DNA of 64,000 nt from a virus (IMGVR_UViG_3300023184_008416:1-64000); one strand, 5' to 3'; positions 20,254 through 31,481 are shown, counted from the stretch's first letter. A program made the numbers and translations. Notes: generated from the letters alone by a model not told the origin.

Positions 20254-21215
20254 TTGTCATTAACTTTCTTTGTAACTGCTCTGCCAAGCATATGTTCCCA
20301 ATCCCTATTATTTTCAGGTCTTATTTCAAGATTTTTATCCCAAGCTGCCTGTAACATGGTAATCTTGACACCAAGGTCTTTACTGAGACTTTTTAATGCG
20401 TTCAAGTCCTTCGGGAAACAGTGACCTCCAAACCCGCGGACATAGCGACCATCATGAGTTGGAACAGGGCCGGGAACAGACCAATGAGAAGTGCCAAGGC
20501 GTGTGTCAAATTTAGCATATTCAATGACCTTATCATAATCAATGTTTAAACCCTTACCATCGAGCGCCTCACAAATTTGTGCAATTTCATTGGCAAAAGA
20601 AACCTTGACAGCAAGAAACGTATTGATTGTGTACTTCACCATCTCTGCAGTTGTTGACGAAGTTTTGATCAATGGTACCTTTGGGAAGGCAGCCTGGAAA
20701 ACCTGCTTCACCTCGTTGATCCATGGTCGAGGACCACCAAGAATAATGCGATTTTGATTGCGCATGTCATCAAGCGCGTTAGCTTCTGTTAAAAATTCAG
20801 GATTAAATACAACATACAGACCTTGCTCGTTAAATCTTCTATTCCAACGCTCTGTTGATCCAGGTGGAACTGTAGACTTTATGACGGCAATTCTATCTCC
20901 AGGAACTTTTGCTAATTCTTCAAGAGCACCCTCTACAATGGAAAGATCAGCTGATCCATCCTCATGCATTGGTGTTGGTAGACACACGAAGTAAATGTTA
21001 GAAAAACCAGGTGTTCCACCATCTTCATTGTCAAGAATTAATTCTTTGACTGAATCCGGATAACCTGCTACCGGATCTGAATGACTTGGTAGAGCACCTC
21101 TGGCGTATTTACCTGCTTTATCATAAGCATATACATCAAATCCGCGTTCAGAAAACACCGTTGTTAGAGTTCCGCCAACAAAACCTTGACCAATGACGGC
21201 AATTGATTGCTTCAT
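20250..21215 (-). CDS. UDP-glucose/GDP-mannose 6-dehydrogenase family protein (short, no C-terminal domain)
   Basis: GQGFVG, IKSTVPPG, FNPEFL, AEMVKY..NTFLAVKVSFANE and catalytic GFGGHCFPKD. Confidence 0.9.
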   Translation of the reverse strand: MKQSIAVIGQGFVGGTLTTVFSERGFDVYAYDKAGKYARGALPSHSDPVAGYPDSVKELILDNEDGGTPGFSNIYFVCLPTPMHEDGSADLSIVEGALEELAKVPGDRIAVIKSTVPPGSTERWNRRFNEQGLYVVFNPEFLTEANALDDMRNQNRIILGGPRPWINEVKQVFQAAFPKVPLIKTSSTTAEMVKYTINTFLAVKVSFANEIAQICEALDGKGLNIDYDKVIEYAKFDTRLGTSHWSVPGPVPTHDGRYVRGFGGHCFPKDLNALKSLSKDLGVKITMLQAAWDKNLEIRPENNRDWEHMLGRAVTKKVNDK

Positions 21216-22132
21216 TTAATTCCTCTTAAGTTTAAATAATTCTTTTCAAAGAATTCTATTGTTTCCACTAGGCCTTGTTCAAGAGGAGTATAGATAATTT
21301 TGCAACCTAGATTTTTTAGTTTTTCGTTGCTGCTTGGTTTTCTGTGTTGCCCATTTGGTTTGGTGGTATCAAATTTGATGTTGCCATTAAATCCTATTAT
21401 TTTTCCGATGAGAGAAGCAAGGTCACCAATTGATATTTCGTCTGTGCAACCGATGTTTATTGGAAATTCATCATTGTAGTTTTCCGCCAACCACCAAATA
21501 ATTTTTGCTGCATCACGAGCAAAAGTGAATTCACGAAGAGGAGTTCCATCGCCCCACAAGACGACATCCGTGCCATCACGTTTGGCTTCATAAAACTTTC
21601 TAATTAGAGATGGGATTACATGTCCACTATTTAAATCAAAATTATCGTGAAGCCCGTAGAGGTTATTTGGGACGATGGTGATATAATTGCATCCCCATTG
21701 TTGTCTATAGGCTCGTGATTGAACGTCGACCATTCTTTTGGCGTATGCGTAGCCAAAATTAGATTGATGAGGTGGGCCGTTATGAAGTTGATCTTCGGTT
21801 AGTGGATATGAAACATATGCAGCGTCGGGATAAATACAGGTGCTTAAAATAGAAATTAATTTTTTTACTCCGCACTCTTTGGCGCCCTGAAAAACGTTGT
21901 TATTGATGGCTGAGTTAATTTTATAAAAATCTGCAACATAATCAGTGTTGACTTTTACTCCGCCTACTTTTGCGGCGCAATTAATCCATACATCGTTGTT
22001 GCTAGAAATTGCCTGGTGTAATTCTAAGTTTAATCCGTAAGAAGTGGGGGCATAAATTTCTGTTTGTTTTGGTCTTTCACAAATAATTTCATGTCCCAAT
22101 AACCCAAATCCACCAAAAACCGTTGCTTTCAT
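21212..22132 (-). CDS. fcl: GDP-L-fucose synthase
   Basis: [54 protein letters not shown]; adjacent to gmd. Confidence 0.93.
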   Translation of the reverse strand: MKATVFGGFGLLGHEIICERPKQTEIYAPTSYGLNLELHQAISSNNDVWINCAAKVGGVKVNTDYVADFYKINSAINNNVFQGAKECGVKKLISILSTCIYPDAAYVSYPLTEDQLHNGPPHQSNFGYAYAKRMVDVQSRAYRQQWGCNYITIVPNNLYGLHDNFDLNSGHVIPSLIRKFYEAKRDGTDVVLWGDGTPLREFTFARDAAKIIWWLAENYNDEFPINIGCTDEISIGDLASLIGKIIGFNGNIKFDTTKPNGQHRKPSSNEKLKNLGCKIIYTPLEQGLVETIEFFEKNYLNLRGIK

Positions 22133-23094
22133 TTTAATTCTCTTTGAAGATCAGCTTCATACATCATTTTTATTAAATCGTTAAAACTTGTTTTTGGTGT
22201 CCATCCCAATTTTTTTCTTGCTTTGCTGGCGTCACCTTGAAGAAAAGGAACTTCATGAGGTCTATATAATCTTGAATCTATCTCAAGATATTTCTTGTAG
22301 TCTAAGTCGGCCAATGCGAATACTCTTTCCACAAATTCTTTGACTGAATAACATTCTCCTGTCGCAATCACATAGTCGTCGGGTTGATCCTGTTGCAACA
22401 TGAGCCACATGGCTTCAACATAGTCTCCTGCAAATCCCCAATCTCTTTTTGCATCCAGGTTACCTAGAAATAATTTGTCTTGCTTACCAAGTTTAATCCT
22501 AGCAACGGCTCTGGTGATTTTTCTGGTGACAAATGTTTCACCTCTGCGAGGGCTCTCGTGATTAAAAAGGATACCAGTAGATGAATGCATTCCATAACCA
22601 ACTCTATAATTTCTCACGAGGTTATGAGAAAATAGTTTTGCGCATGCATAAGGAGATGCGGGAGTCATTCTTGTTTCTTCATTTTTCATGGGATCCATGT
22701 TATCCCCATACATTTCTGAAGATGATGCTTGATAAAATCTAGCATTCGGAACCACATTTCTACAAGCTTCCAATAATCTCATGACTCCCATGGCTACGGA
22801 ATCAACCGTTTCTTCTGGGACATCAAAAGATGTACGAACGTGTGATTGAGCTGCTAAATTATAGATTTCATCTGGTCTATATTCTTGAAGAATTCGATAC
22901 ATGGACCCAACGTCATTCAAACTTCCGTACTGGAGTTTTAAATTTGGATTGTCATATAAATGATCAATATTTGACGTATTGATTACGGATGTTCTTCTTT
23001 TTAGACCAACTACTGTATAACCCTTTTGAAGAAGAAATTCTGCGATGTAAGAGCCGTCTTGACCGGTGATACCAGTAATTAAAGCCTTTTTCAT
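22129..23094 (-). CDS. gmd: GDP-mannose 4,6-dehydratase
   Basis: [72 protein letters not shown]. Confidence 0.97.
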   Translation of the reverse strand: MKKALITGITGQDGSYIAEFLLQKGYTVVGLKRRTSVINTSNIDHLYDNPNLKLQYGSLNDVGSMYRILQEYRPDEIYNLAAQSHVRTSFDVPEETVDSVAMGVMRLLEACRNVVPNARFYQASSSEMYGDNMDPMKNEETRMTPASPYACAKLFSHNLVRNYRVGYGMHSSTGILFNHESPRRGETFVTRKITRAVARIKLGKQDKLFLGNLDAKRDWGFAGDYVEAMWLMLQQDQPDDYVIATGECYSVKEFVERVFALADLDYKKYLEIDSRLYRPHEVPFLQGDASKARKKLGWTPKTSFNDLIKMMYEADLQRELK

Positions 23095-24089
23095 GATAAA
23101 ATCTTTTTCACCGCAATGGTTTTTAACTTATTATAGGTTTCCGTAGTAAATGAAAGATAATTTGAGCCCGATTTATAGTGAAGAATAAAATGTTTATCTG
23201 AGCCTGCTTCAGCAATAAATGCAATGTGATATGGATCTGGTAAGTTTGCTTTCTTTTCTTTTATTAAAGAAAGAATTTTTTTTACCATGTCGGAAGTATA
23301 TACATCATATGAACAATAATCCTTTTCATATGGAAAGGATTTCATTTCATTAAACTTTTGGCCGCCAGTGTGTTTAAAATCAACTAAATTCATTTTTTTG
23401 TCAAAATCTAAATGGTAATTTATATTCCCATTTAAGATGTAATGTATTTTTGTTCCAAATTCATTATTAATTTCATCACGAATACTATGTTCTTCTAACA
23501 AAAGAAAATTTAACATTTTATTTTTTAAATAAAAGTGAGTTAGTGCTCCAACGTCCATATTTTCATTATGGATTGGCGCTGGTGTCCATTCAAGATTTTT
23601 CAAATCAGGATTTTTTTCTAAATTTAGAATTACAAAAGCATTCCACATATAGTGAATTTGATGATTTTGTCTATACTGTGGTATGTAGACGACGTCTTTA
23701 TCTACAATTAATTTTTCTAGGTCGACATAATCGATGAAAAACATATCCGAATCAATGATACAAATTTTTTTTTCATTAGTTACATAGTGTTTAAAAGACC
23801 ACATTAATGGATATGAACATGCGACATTTGGTGTAGTGTACCTATTTCCAATAAAATTGGTGACCCCCTGGGTCACTTGCATTTTGGTATCTAGTTTTAT
23901 GTCTACGCATTTAATGTTAAGATTATTGCATACTTTTTTTATTTGTTCATATTGAACTTCATTATCAACAGCATTGTTAAATACTACAAATTCGTAATCA
24001 CACTGCAAATATTTTTGCATTGATTCATACTGCATTTCAATAAAATCGGGTCTTTTATGCGCGTATGTGAATATTGTTATTTTGCTCAT
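23091..24089 (-). CDS. Putative GT-A fold glycosyltransferase
   Basis: [13 protein letters not shown]...[10 protein letters not shown]-terminus and [11 protein letters not shown] (DxD) motif; cluster context. Confidence 0.55.
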   Translation of the reverse strand: MSKITIFTYAHKRPDFIEMQYESMQKYLQCDYEFVVFNNAVDNEVQYEQIKKVCNNLNIKCVDIKLDTKMQVTQGVTNFIGNRYTTPNVACSYPLMWSFKHYVTNEKKICIIDSDMFFIDYVDLEKLIVDKDVVYIPQYRQNHQIHYMWNAFVILNLEKNPDLKNLEWTPAPIHNENMDVGALTHFYLKNKMLNFLLLEEHSIRDEINNEFGTKIHYILNGNINYHLDFDKKMNLVDFKHTGGQKFNEMKSFPYEKDYCSYDVYTSDMVKKILSLIKEKKANLPDPYHIAFIAEAGSDKHFILHYKSGSNYLSFTTETYNKLKTIAVKKILS

Positions 24090-24934
24090 TTTATCATATG
24101 CCTATAAAGATTTAAATTTTCTAATATGTATGCAGGATAGCTGCTGTCTATGTCAACAATATTGAGTCGATCTCTAAAGAATGGATCAATGTTGTTAACC
24201 ATATTATTTTCTATAGAATTTAATACGTGTGGATTTAACATATCACGTGCAGAATAACTGGTCAATTTTGTCTTAACCATGTCTTTTCCTCCCATGAAAC
24301 TAAAATGCCATCCCCCATTTAGTATTTTTGTGCTTATTTTTTCATCTCCTCTTACTTCGTTAAAAGAAAGATTCTTTAATTTTTTATATGTTCCAATTTT
24401 TGTTCCGTACCAATCGGTTTGTTTTAAAACATTAATATAATAATAATATGTTTTTTGATTTAAAGAATAAATGGTATTTGTATCAAAACTTTCTTTCTGT
24501 TTGATAAGATCAGGATTTGGAATTTCATCTGCGTCTGAGAGCATTATTATATCTTCATCATTACATCCAACTAGAGCTCTTCGTACGCTTTCTTTTTGAA
24601 AGAAATCTCTCCCATAATCAGGTTGTGTGTGTACGTTAAAACGATTTTTTTGTGTCTTAACATAATCATGTATTTGTTCTAAAACAGGATCATTTGTTTT
24701 TGCAAGATTAGCAAAATCAATTGGATTGTCTTCTATGTGATAAGAAATTATTTTTGGTAAAAACCTTGCAAATCGATGTTTATTTTCTTCAAAGAAATAA
24801 GGTTTTGGTTCACCTGAATGTTTGAGGTTTGATTCGACAATCACGAAGTGATCTACTACCTCATCAAGTATGTTTAGTCTCATTTCGAGAATGTCAAGCT
24901 CATTAAAGAAATTAAAACAATCGTATACTTTCAT
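24086..24934 (-). CDS. GT17-like (beta-1,4-N-acetylglucosaminyltransferase family) glycosyltransferase
   Basis: MKVYDCFNFFNELDILEMRL..LDEVVDHFVIVES, IMLSDADEIP, GGWHFSFMGG. The family start is ATG 24934 rather than 25003. Confidence 0.85.
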   Translation of the reverse strand: MKVYDCFNFFNELDILEMRLNILDEVVDHFVIVESNLKHSGEPKPYFFEENKHRFARFLPKIISYHIEDNPIDFANLAKTNDPVLEQIHDYVKTQKNRFNVHTQPDYGRDFFQKESVRRALVGCNDEDIIMLSDADEIPNPDLIKQKESFDTNTIYSLNQKTYYYYINVLKQTDWYGTKIGTYKKLKNLSFNEVRGDEKISTKILNGGWHFSFMGGKDMVKTKLTSYSARDMLNPHVLNSIENNMVNNIDPFFRDRLNIVDIDSSYPAYILENLNLYRHMIK

Positions 24935-24938
24935 AGAT

Positions 24939-25616
24939 TTATTTGCATTTCTTGTTAAACATAAGAATGTTACAACCGCAACCAACGTTTGTATAACTTT
25001 CAATTTTTTCTATAAATGAATCATTAATAGTTGTTAAAAGCGGAGCGCTCTCTGTATTTGTTAATGGGTGATTGATGTCTTTAACAAAATAAAATTCATG
25101 GGATGTTGCATACGTATCACATATATTTTTTATGTTTGTTTTTGAACGATCCCAAACTTGACCATACTCAAACTGAATATATTTTATATTATTTATTATT
25201 TCCGTGTAACACAGGATTTCTGGTTCACAACCTTCAATATCCATTTTTAAGAAGTCGATATTTTGGATATTTTTCTCAATAAGAATTTCATCAAATTTAC
25301 GAATATCACACTCAATTATATTTCCCCAAGGGCGATATATTGATTCGCTTGCTTCACCGTACTTAACTTTGGCATTTTTGTTTGATAATCCGATGTTATA
25401 AAGATTTATTTTGTGTTTTAGTGAGGAAATTGTGTTGATTAATTTATCAACATGTTTTTGATTGATATCAAATAAATGAAAATTAGCATTTGGTTTAATG
25501 AAATAATAATCTAGATTATCTCGACATCCTATGTCAACAACAACATCAATGTTATTCTTAAATTTTTCAAATAAACTTAATTCATAAGAATTTTGTTTAA
25601 TCATAAAATTACTCAA
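24939..25616 (-). CDS. FkbM-family methyltransferase
   Basis: VVVDIGCR, NIGLSN, IDFLKMDIEGCEPEIL, YIQFEYG. Confidence 0.85.
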   Translation of the reverse strand: MSNFMIKQNSYELSLFEKFKNNIDVVVDIGCRDNLDYYFIKPNANFHLFDINQKHVDKLINTISSLKHKINLYNIGLSNKNAKVKYGEASESIYRPWGNIIECDIRKFDEILIEKNIQNIDFLKMDIEGCEPEILCYTEIINNIKYIQFEYGQVWDRSKTNIKNICDTYATSHEFYFVKDINHPLTNTESAPLLTTINDSFIEKIESYTNVGCGCNILMFNKKCK

Positions 25617-26269
25617 AAATTAAAATCGAATTTTTTGATAAAGACAATGCTACGATAAAGGTGAACAAACTCTAACATTTTTTCCCAATCATTTAATGGA
25701 TTGGTGAATAGATTATTTTGAATGTAGTGTCGATCATTATAAGAGTTTTTAACATCTGCATTACCACACTTACCGTTTGCATTAGTAACATCTAGAAGAT
25801 TTCTCAACATAGACATAAAAGAATATCCACCAGTTAAATCTGGCCAATAACAACAATGTAAATCTTCAACTACATATAATCCCCCAAGTTTAAGAAGAGG
25901 AAACATGTATTTGAAGGTGGTACTCATGTGATAACTAATGTGAGATCCGTCATCAATGATGATGTCAAATGGGCCATATTTTTCATTAATTTCTTGCAAA
26001 CGCTGAGTGTCAGTTTGATCACACTGAACAATGGTGATTCTATCTTCACCGAACCTAGAACAATCTACGATGTCTAAGCCATATATTTCACTATTAACAA
26101 AATAGTCTTTCCACATTTTGAGAGAATGACCGTTTTGCACCCCAATCTCAAGGATTTTAAGTTTTTGATTTCTTAATGGCTCAAAATACTGTTCATAACG
26201 AACAGTATAATTATGTATGTTACTAGCCTTATCGGTCCCATACTTTAGTCCAATTTCATCTAATTTCAT
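25613..26269 (-). CDS. Class I SAM-dependent sugar O-methyltransferase (MycE/TylE-like)
   Basis: GTDKAS.IHNY, KILEIGVQNGHSLKMWKDYF, PFDIIIDDGSH, GGLYVVEDL. Confidence 0.8.
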   Translation of the reverse strand: MKLDEIGLKYGTDKASNIHNYTVRYEQYFEPLRNQKLKILEIGVQNGHSLKMWKDYFVNSEIYGLDIVDCSRFGEDRITIVQCDQTDTQRLQEINEKYGPFDIIIDDGSHISYHMSTTFKYMFPLLKLGGLYVVEDLHCCYWPDLTGGYSFMSMLRNLLDVTNANGKCGNADVKNSYNDRHYIQNNLFTNPLNDWEKMLEFVHLYRSIVFIKKFDFNF

Positions 26270-26280
26270 TGTAACCTCTT

Positions 26281-26919
26281 TCAGTAATCAACTAATTCAA
26301 TATCAAAGTCACCAAAAACTATTGCACCCGTTCCAGAAACGTGTCCCAATTTTGTTATATCATATTTCTTTTGACTTACGCTAGAAAACCAATTTATCAT
26401 TTGATGATTTAATAGAATGTCATCACACAATACTATTCCATTAAAATTAGCCTTAACAAGCTTTTGTATAAAGGCATGTTCAGTTTCACCATCATGACTA
26501 ACATTTAGAAAAATAAGACTAGTTGATTTAATCAAGTCATCTTCAATTGACAGTATGTTAGAATTATGAAATTCAATATTTGGATATTGAGAACCTATTG
26601 GAGTGTGTTGTAATGAGTTTCCTACGTATTCAAAAAAATTATTTCTATTTACGGTATAAAAATCATAACTATGAACTTTATTAGTTGGATTGTTGGCTAG
26701 GCATACAGCAGATATTCCTTGATGTGTACCGGCGTCAATTATGACTGAATTTTGAAATTGTTTAGCAAAATATGCTAACAATTTATAATGTTGAATTTGA
26801 GGATATACAACTGTCTGAGCTGTTTCAACATGACCGTGTTTATTGTATATGTTATATAAAAACGTACAATCAGTATTTAAGACGTCCATTTTTACTATAA
26901 TTTTATTTATCATTTCCAA
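26281..26919 (-). CDS. Class I SAM-dependent methyltransferase (Methyltransf_24-like)
   Basis: IIDAGTHQGISAVCLA, LIFLNVSHDG, GIVLCDDI, GHVSGTG. Confidence 0.7.
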   Translation of the reverse strand: MEMINKIIVKMDVLNTDCTFLYNIYNKHGHVETAQTVVYPQIQHYKLLAYFAKQFQNSVIIDAGTHQGISAVCLANNPTNKVHSYDFYTVNRNNFFEYVGNSLQHTPIGSQYPNIEFHNSNILSIEDDLIKSTSLIFLNVSHDGETEHAFIQKLVKANFNGIVLCDDILLNHQMINWFSSVSQKKYDITKLGHVSGTGAIVFGDFDIELVDY

Positions 26920-27851
26920 TAATCCTTATTTTGATTCTCATAGTCGAGCTTTTGCTGTAGACACTGTTCATACGTATAAAAGTTGCCGTCTCTATGCGCA
27001 TAATTCCAATTTGGAATTAATGAATCACCACAGGACCAGTATCCATCACTTCCTTTATAATCGCCCCAATACATGGGGGCGATTACATTAACATTGTCAT
27101 TTAACCAAATAGGCCAAAAGCTGAAACTGGATGCTGATATAATCACATTTTTTGCGTTATATAGGATTGTCCAATCCATCCATGTTGGCCCTCCTATATG
27201 GTGTGATGCTTTTAAATTATCTTTTAACTGAGTTGTTGATCCACCTACAATTGGAACGCCGGGACAAACATTGGAGCAGTATAGTGGATCGTCAGTTACT
27301 GCCACAAACTTAATACGTGAATTTTTTTGTAACATTTCTTTCATTCCACGCGTGTAGTATTCTCTAAGCAAAAATGCACTGCTACCTAGAAAATCTCCAC
27401 CCCTAACGTGGATAACGCAGATATCTTTATCTGACCATTCTGTTATATTGTGACTTATTTTTGGTTTAATCCATTCTTTCAAATCATTACGAAAATTTTG
27501 AATATAATTGATCGATTGCATAACTCCATCGATCTTTGTGTTGTCTTTTATTTTTAAAAGGTTTTCATCCAATTTTCCAATAAAAATTTTTGTTCTTGGA
27601 TGTGTGTGTCCCTTTTCTCGATAATAAAAATTTATCTCGTTTGGCAGGGTATGAGGTGGACCACCTTCAGGACCATTTCCTCCCACTACTTTCATTCCCA
27701 TGTCAATTTCTAAAAATTCACTACCTTTGTATTTATGTTGGCTTTGAATACCAAAATTAAAACCTCTTAGCTTTGCAACACACCTTGTAACTGCATAACA
27801 CCACAATTGATTTCCCAGGCCTTGACCATCATAAAATTCTGTTATTATCAC
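26910..27851 (-). CDS. GT11-like alpha-1,2-fucosyltransferase
   Basis: GLGNQLWCYA, IHVRGGDF, VTDD, ISASSFSFWP. Confidence 0.85.
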   Translation of the reverse strand: MIITEFYDGQGLGNQLWCYAVTRCVAKLRGFNFGIQSQHKYKGSEFLEIDMGMKVVGGNGPEGGPPHTLPNEINFYYREKGHTHPRTKIFIGKLDENLLKIKDNTKIDGVMQSINYIQNFRNDLKEWIKPKISHNITEWSDKDICVIHVRGGDFLGSSAFLLREYYTRGMKEMLQKNSRIKFVAVTDDPLYCSNVCPGVPIVGGSTTQLKDNLKASHHIGGPTWMDWTILYNAKNVIISASSFSFWPIWLNDNVNVIAPMYWGDYKGSDGYWSCGDSLIPNWNYAHRDGNFYTYEQCLQQKLDYENQNKDYWK

Positions 27852-27894
27852 TTGATAAGTGTACTAAATTTAGTCTTTAATGTTTACTTTAATA

Positions 27895-28695
27895 CTATTT
27901 TTTTACCATATGAGCATCCCACCAATGTTTGGGAATTTTATCCCAAAATACAGGGAGAACAACGTTTTTATTACAACCACTTAACCACCAAGAACACTCA
28001 TTAAAAGTAGTACCCAATGTAAAAACCATTTTTTTACACTTAGATAGTAAAATCATTTCTACTAAAGCTTGCATGTTTTGATCATAATCAATTGTATATC
28101 CACTATCTATTATTTCTTTTCTTTCATAGACTAAACATCTATTTTTGTATTTATTTTTATAATAATTTTTTACTGATAAATCGTCTGATGCTAGAAAAAA
28201 TGTTTCTTTAGTGTTTTTTATTTCATCCTCAAATCCTTGAAAATTGATAAAATCAAGTTGTTGAAAATCATTTCTACGATACCTAATATTTAAACAAGTC
28301 ATATTATCAAAATCCCAATCTTTTGATAATTCATCAACTTTTTCAATAATTTTTTTGTTTATATTTATTTTTAGTGTATCCCATATTGGGAGATACTTTT
28401 TGATAAAGTAGTTGGGCGTATCATTAAATAAAAAATCAATTGTTCTATATTTTTCAATATATTCTTCTTCTTCTGGATCTGCTAAAAGTTGCCATACAGC
28501 ACCAGTGTTTGGGTATTTTTTGATATCATCACTAGTCGCCAATTTTAAATTATCAAAAAGTAAAGCATCTGCTGGATGTTCAATTAAAATTTGATCCCAT
28601 CTTGCCAAGTGCGATACATATGACTTTAATCTATTTCCCATGCCTGCTGATTTTAACACAACAAACGTTCCTTGATTTTTTATTTTTTTAATCAT
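27895..28695 (-). CDS. Fucosyltransferase-superfamily protein (GT11/GT23-NodZ/O-FucT-like)
   Basis: AGMGNRLKSY, LNIRYRRND, FFLASDD, EMILLSKC...TTFNECSWWLSG match fucosyltransferase motifs I-III. Confidence 0.7.
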   Translation of the reverse strand: MIKKIKNQGTFVVLKSAGMGNRLKSYVSHLARWDQILIEHPADALLFDNLKLATSDDIKKYPNTGAVWQLLADPEEEEYIEKYRTIDFLFNDTPNYFIKKYLPIWDTLKININKKIIEKVDELSKDWDFDNMTCLNIRYRRNDFQQLDFINFQGFEDEIKNTKETFFLASDDLSVKNYYKNKYKNRCLVYERKEIIDSGYTIDYDQNMQALVEMILLSKCKKMVFTLGTTFNECSWWLSGCNKNVVLPVFWDKIPKHWWDAHMVKK

Positions 28696-29312
28696 AAATT
28701 TTTATTTTTTAATAAAACGTCCGTTTTGAAATCATACACTAGTTCCCAACTATCACCTAATAATGATAAAATTTTTGATAAATTTGCTTGTTGAGCATAA
28801 TACTCTTCATTTGAATATTCTGTATAAAAATATTTGACATTTTTTTCAAATGAATTTTTACCACTCAAAATTAAGTCTTCTTCTGCACCTTGAACGTCGG
28901 CCCAAATAAAATCAATATACTCAATATTATTTATTTCACAAAAAGTATCTAATTTGGTTGAATTTACTTCTATTTGTTGATCAAATTTAATAAAAGGCCA
29001 AGTCTCTATGTGCTTTTTAGGCTTTTTTATGCTGCCAGAATAACACAAGTCATCTGGATTATCAGATCTTGATCTATTAAAGATTAATTTTCCATCAATA
29101 TTAGAAACAACTCCCTCATAAAGATGATGTTTTGAATACTTTATGTTATCTTTGACAATCTTTATGTTTTTGGGTTCAGGCTCAAAACAATAAATTTCAA
29201 CATCATTAAACGTATTAATAAATTCTTGTGTATCTTTACCATCAGCACAACCAATTTCAAAAATAACTGGGTTATCTTTTTTTAAAAGATGTTTAATCGT
29301 TTGTTTATTCAT
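28692..29312 (-). CDS. FkbM-family methyltransferase (NoeI-like)
   Basis: VIFEIGCADGKDT, YCFEPEP, YSGSIKKP, IDFIWADVQGAE, YFYTEYS. Confidence 0.88.
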   Translation of the reverse strand: MNKQTIKHLLKKDNPVIFEIGCADGKDTQEFINTFNDVEIYCFEPEPKNIKIVKDNIKYSKHHLYEGVVSNIDGKLIFNRSRSDNPDDLCYSGSIKKPKKHIETWPFIKFDQQIEVNSTKLDTFCEINNIEYIDFIWADVQGAEEDLILSGKNSFEKNVKYFYTEYSNEEYYAQQANLSKILSLLGDSWELVYDFKTDVLLKNKNL

Positions 29313-29971
29313 TTCTTGAACCTTTCATAATAAAAATTTTTACCATGAAATCCAAAAGGAACTATTCCTTCAATTTCAGGTATTTTTGTTTCGTGAGAAA
29401 AATATTTTGCAATATCAATGTTTGCAAAATTACAACCATTTTGTTCATAAATGTGTCGATAATTACAGGTAATGAATCCATCTTCATTATAAAAGCCATG
29501 GAATGGCTTCCATTCCAAATTTATATTGTTGGGTAAATCAATTAATTTTTTACTTCTTAAAGAAAAGCCACCATTACCTACCCTAATCAAATTTTTATTG
29601 ATATCTCTATAAGAAAAATTATCTTTTGGAATAGGCCATGGTGCACCTATGTAATCATAATTTAAAAATTCATTAATCCAAGCACTTGGGTTAATTACAA
29701 AACCATCATATTGTACAGTAAGTGCATAAGGTGTTTCTATGTACTTACCTAAAGAATAAATCATATGGTAACTGTATTGATCTATATTTTCAATTTTTTC
29801 AATTTCATTAAATTGAATTTTTGTAGGCAAATTAGACGGCAAATTATGAGTTATTAATTTGATGTCAGCAAAGTTTATTTGCTCACAACTTTTTTGTAAT
29901 GCAAAAATTGTTTCATCTATCTTTACAGAAGATAAAGCAACCAGTGTAACATCTTTTAAATTCAGCATCAT
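29309..29971 (-). CDS. DUF5672-like putative glycosyltransferase
   Basis: TVQYDGFVINPSAW..EFLNYDYIGAPW, RVGNGGFSLRSKK, NEDGF, PFGFHG. Confidence 0.75.
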   Translation of the reverse strand: MMLNLKDVTLVALSSVKIDETIFALQKSCEQINFADIKLITHNLPSNLPTKIQFNEIEKIENIDQYSYHMIYSLGKYIETPYALTVQYDGFVINPSAWINEFLNYDYIGAPWPIPKDNFSYRDINKNLIRVGNGGFSLRSKKLIDLPNNINLEWKPFHGFYNEDGFITCNYRHIYEQNGCNFANIDIAKYFSHETKIPEIEGIVPFGFHGKNFYYERFKK

Positions 29972-30000
29972 TTGATTATATTTTTTATCAATGAATATGT

Positions 30001-30714
30001 TTAAAATATTTTATTTGAAAAAGTCTGAAATTTGGACATAACATAAAGCAATTCTTTTCTTTTTGTTTCCTCAGATATAAAATTGCTCAATTGAAAGCTT
30101 GATGTTCTATTCACCACGGTTATTTCATTTAAAATAATTGGATCACCAAATTTTTGGTGCAATCTTTTGTAATATTCGACATCCATTAACCACACCAAAT
30201 TTTCATCAAAAAATATTAAATTAGGATTATTTCTAATTGTTAGAACACTGGGTGAACTTATTGTGTTATTTCCTAAGTGTATTTGATCATGGTATTTTGG
30301 AAAAAATTTTCTGGTCATCTGGTGACCGTCTGGGCTGTGTTCGCAAGCGCTAATTAGCCAATCCCCGGTTAGTTGTTTCTTTATTTCATTTGTAGTGTTT
30401 TCTAATGAATTAGAATTGAATAAAAAATCATCCTGAAACAGGATTTTTATCCAATCACCGTTGCAATGTCTAACTGCATTATTAATGTTAGATGATGAAT
30501 TTCCTATTTTTTCTTCATTTTTAAGATATTTAATTTTTAATTTTGTTGACCATAGATCACATAAATTTTTAATTTCATTATCTTTACTGTGATCTGAAAT
30601 GATTATTTCAAAGTCATGAAAAGTTTGTTCTAACAATTTTTGAAAACTAAATTCTAAAAATTCTTTACCTTTTCCATGCATCTCGTAAGTTGGAATTGCA
30701 ATTGAAAGTTTCAT
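30001..30714 (-). CDS. GT2 glycosyltransferase
   Basis: MKLSIAIPTYE, QTFHDFEIIISDHS, IKILFQDDF, ISSPSVL, WLMDVEYY. ATGA-coupled start at 30714 (ORF track starts at 30726). Confidence 0.88.
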   Translation of the reverse strand: MKLSIAIPTYEMHGKGKEFLEFSFQKLLEQTFHDFEIIISDHSKDNEIKNLCDLWSTKLKIKYLKNEEKIGNSSSNINNAVRHCNGDWIKILFQDDFLFNSNSLENTTNEIKKQLTGDWLISACEHSPDGHQMTRKFFPKYHDQIHLGNNTISSPSVLTIRNNPNLIFFDENLVWLMDVEYYKRLHQKFGDPIILNEITVVNRTSSFQLSNFISEETKRKELLYVMSKFQTFSNKIF

Positions 30715-31481
30715 ATTGTTAACCACCCATCAGGAAACAAGTCTTGTGTATCTTTTGGACCTTTTGGACCAAACCAGTTTAATGGTGCAACAATTTTTCC
30801 ACCATTTTGATGTGGTCCGAGGTATGCTCCCCACCAAGAAAATGAAGAATTTGCTATGATTGCATTACGACATTTTGACATTAAAAGTAGATCAGTTACG
30901 TCATCATAACTAAATTCATTAGCAAACACTATGTTTAATGAATGATTTATTATTTCATTTATAAATGTTTGTTTACACCACATAATGTCGTCACTAAATA
31001 CTATTACTTTTTTAGGATCAATCGCCGAGATAGCTTTCCTATAATAATCAAGTTCTAAATTTGTGTGATAATCAGATTTATTTAAATAATCTGTTCTTCT
31101 AACATGTAGGAAACAATTATCTTCACAAACTTTTTGTAGATTGTTGTCTATCGCACTTTTAAATTCAAATAATTTTAAAATTTCATCTTCGCAGTGATCC
31201 CAATACTTTTTTGTTTGAAAATAACCCTTGATGTCAATGTTGTCTGGAGTTTTTTCAAAAAATTCAGAATCAAATGAAAACTGTCTTTCTTCTATTCTGG
31301 TCTTTGGAAGATCAGAATACTGAACACTTTTTTTATCATGCATTTTAAAAACATCAAAAAGTCTTCCACCCGGTGAGTAATAATCATATTTTTTATGATT
31401 TGCTATACCTACCAGTGAAGCATATTGAAACATTTGATTTCCAAGTCTGCCGTTACTTCCTATTGATAGGGCTGTTATCAT
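30711..31481 (-). CDS. GT11 alpha-1,2-fucosyltransferase
   Basis: GRLGNQMFQYA, GYFQTKKY, LHVRRTDY, FSDDIMWC, IANSSFSWWGAYL. Confidence 0.92.
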   Translation of the reverse strand: MITALSIGSNGRLGNQMFQYASLVGIANHKKYDYYSPGGRLFDVFKMHDKKSVQYSDLPKTRIEERQFSFDSEFFEKTPDNIDIKGYFQTKKYWDHCEDEILKLFEFKSAIDNNLQKVCEDNCFLHVRRTDYLNKSDYHTNLELDYYRKAISAIDPKKVIVFSDDIMWCKQTFINEIINHSLNIVFANEFSYDDVTDLLLMSKCRNAIIANSSFSWWGAYLGPHQNGGKIVAPLNWFGPKGPKDTQDLFPDGWLTI

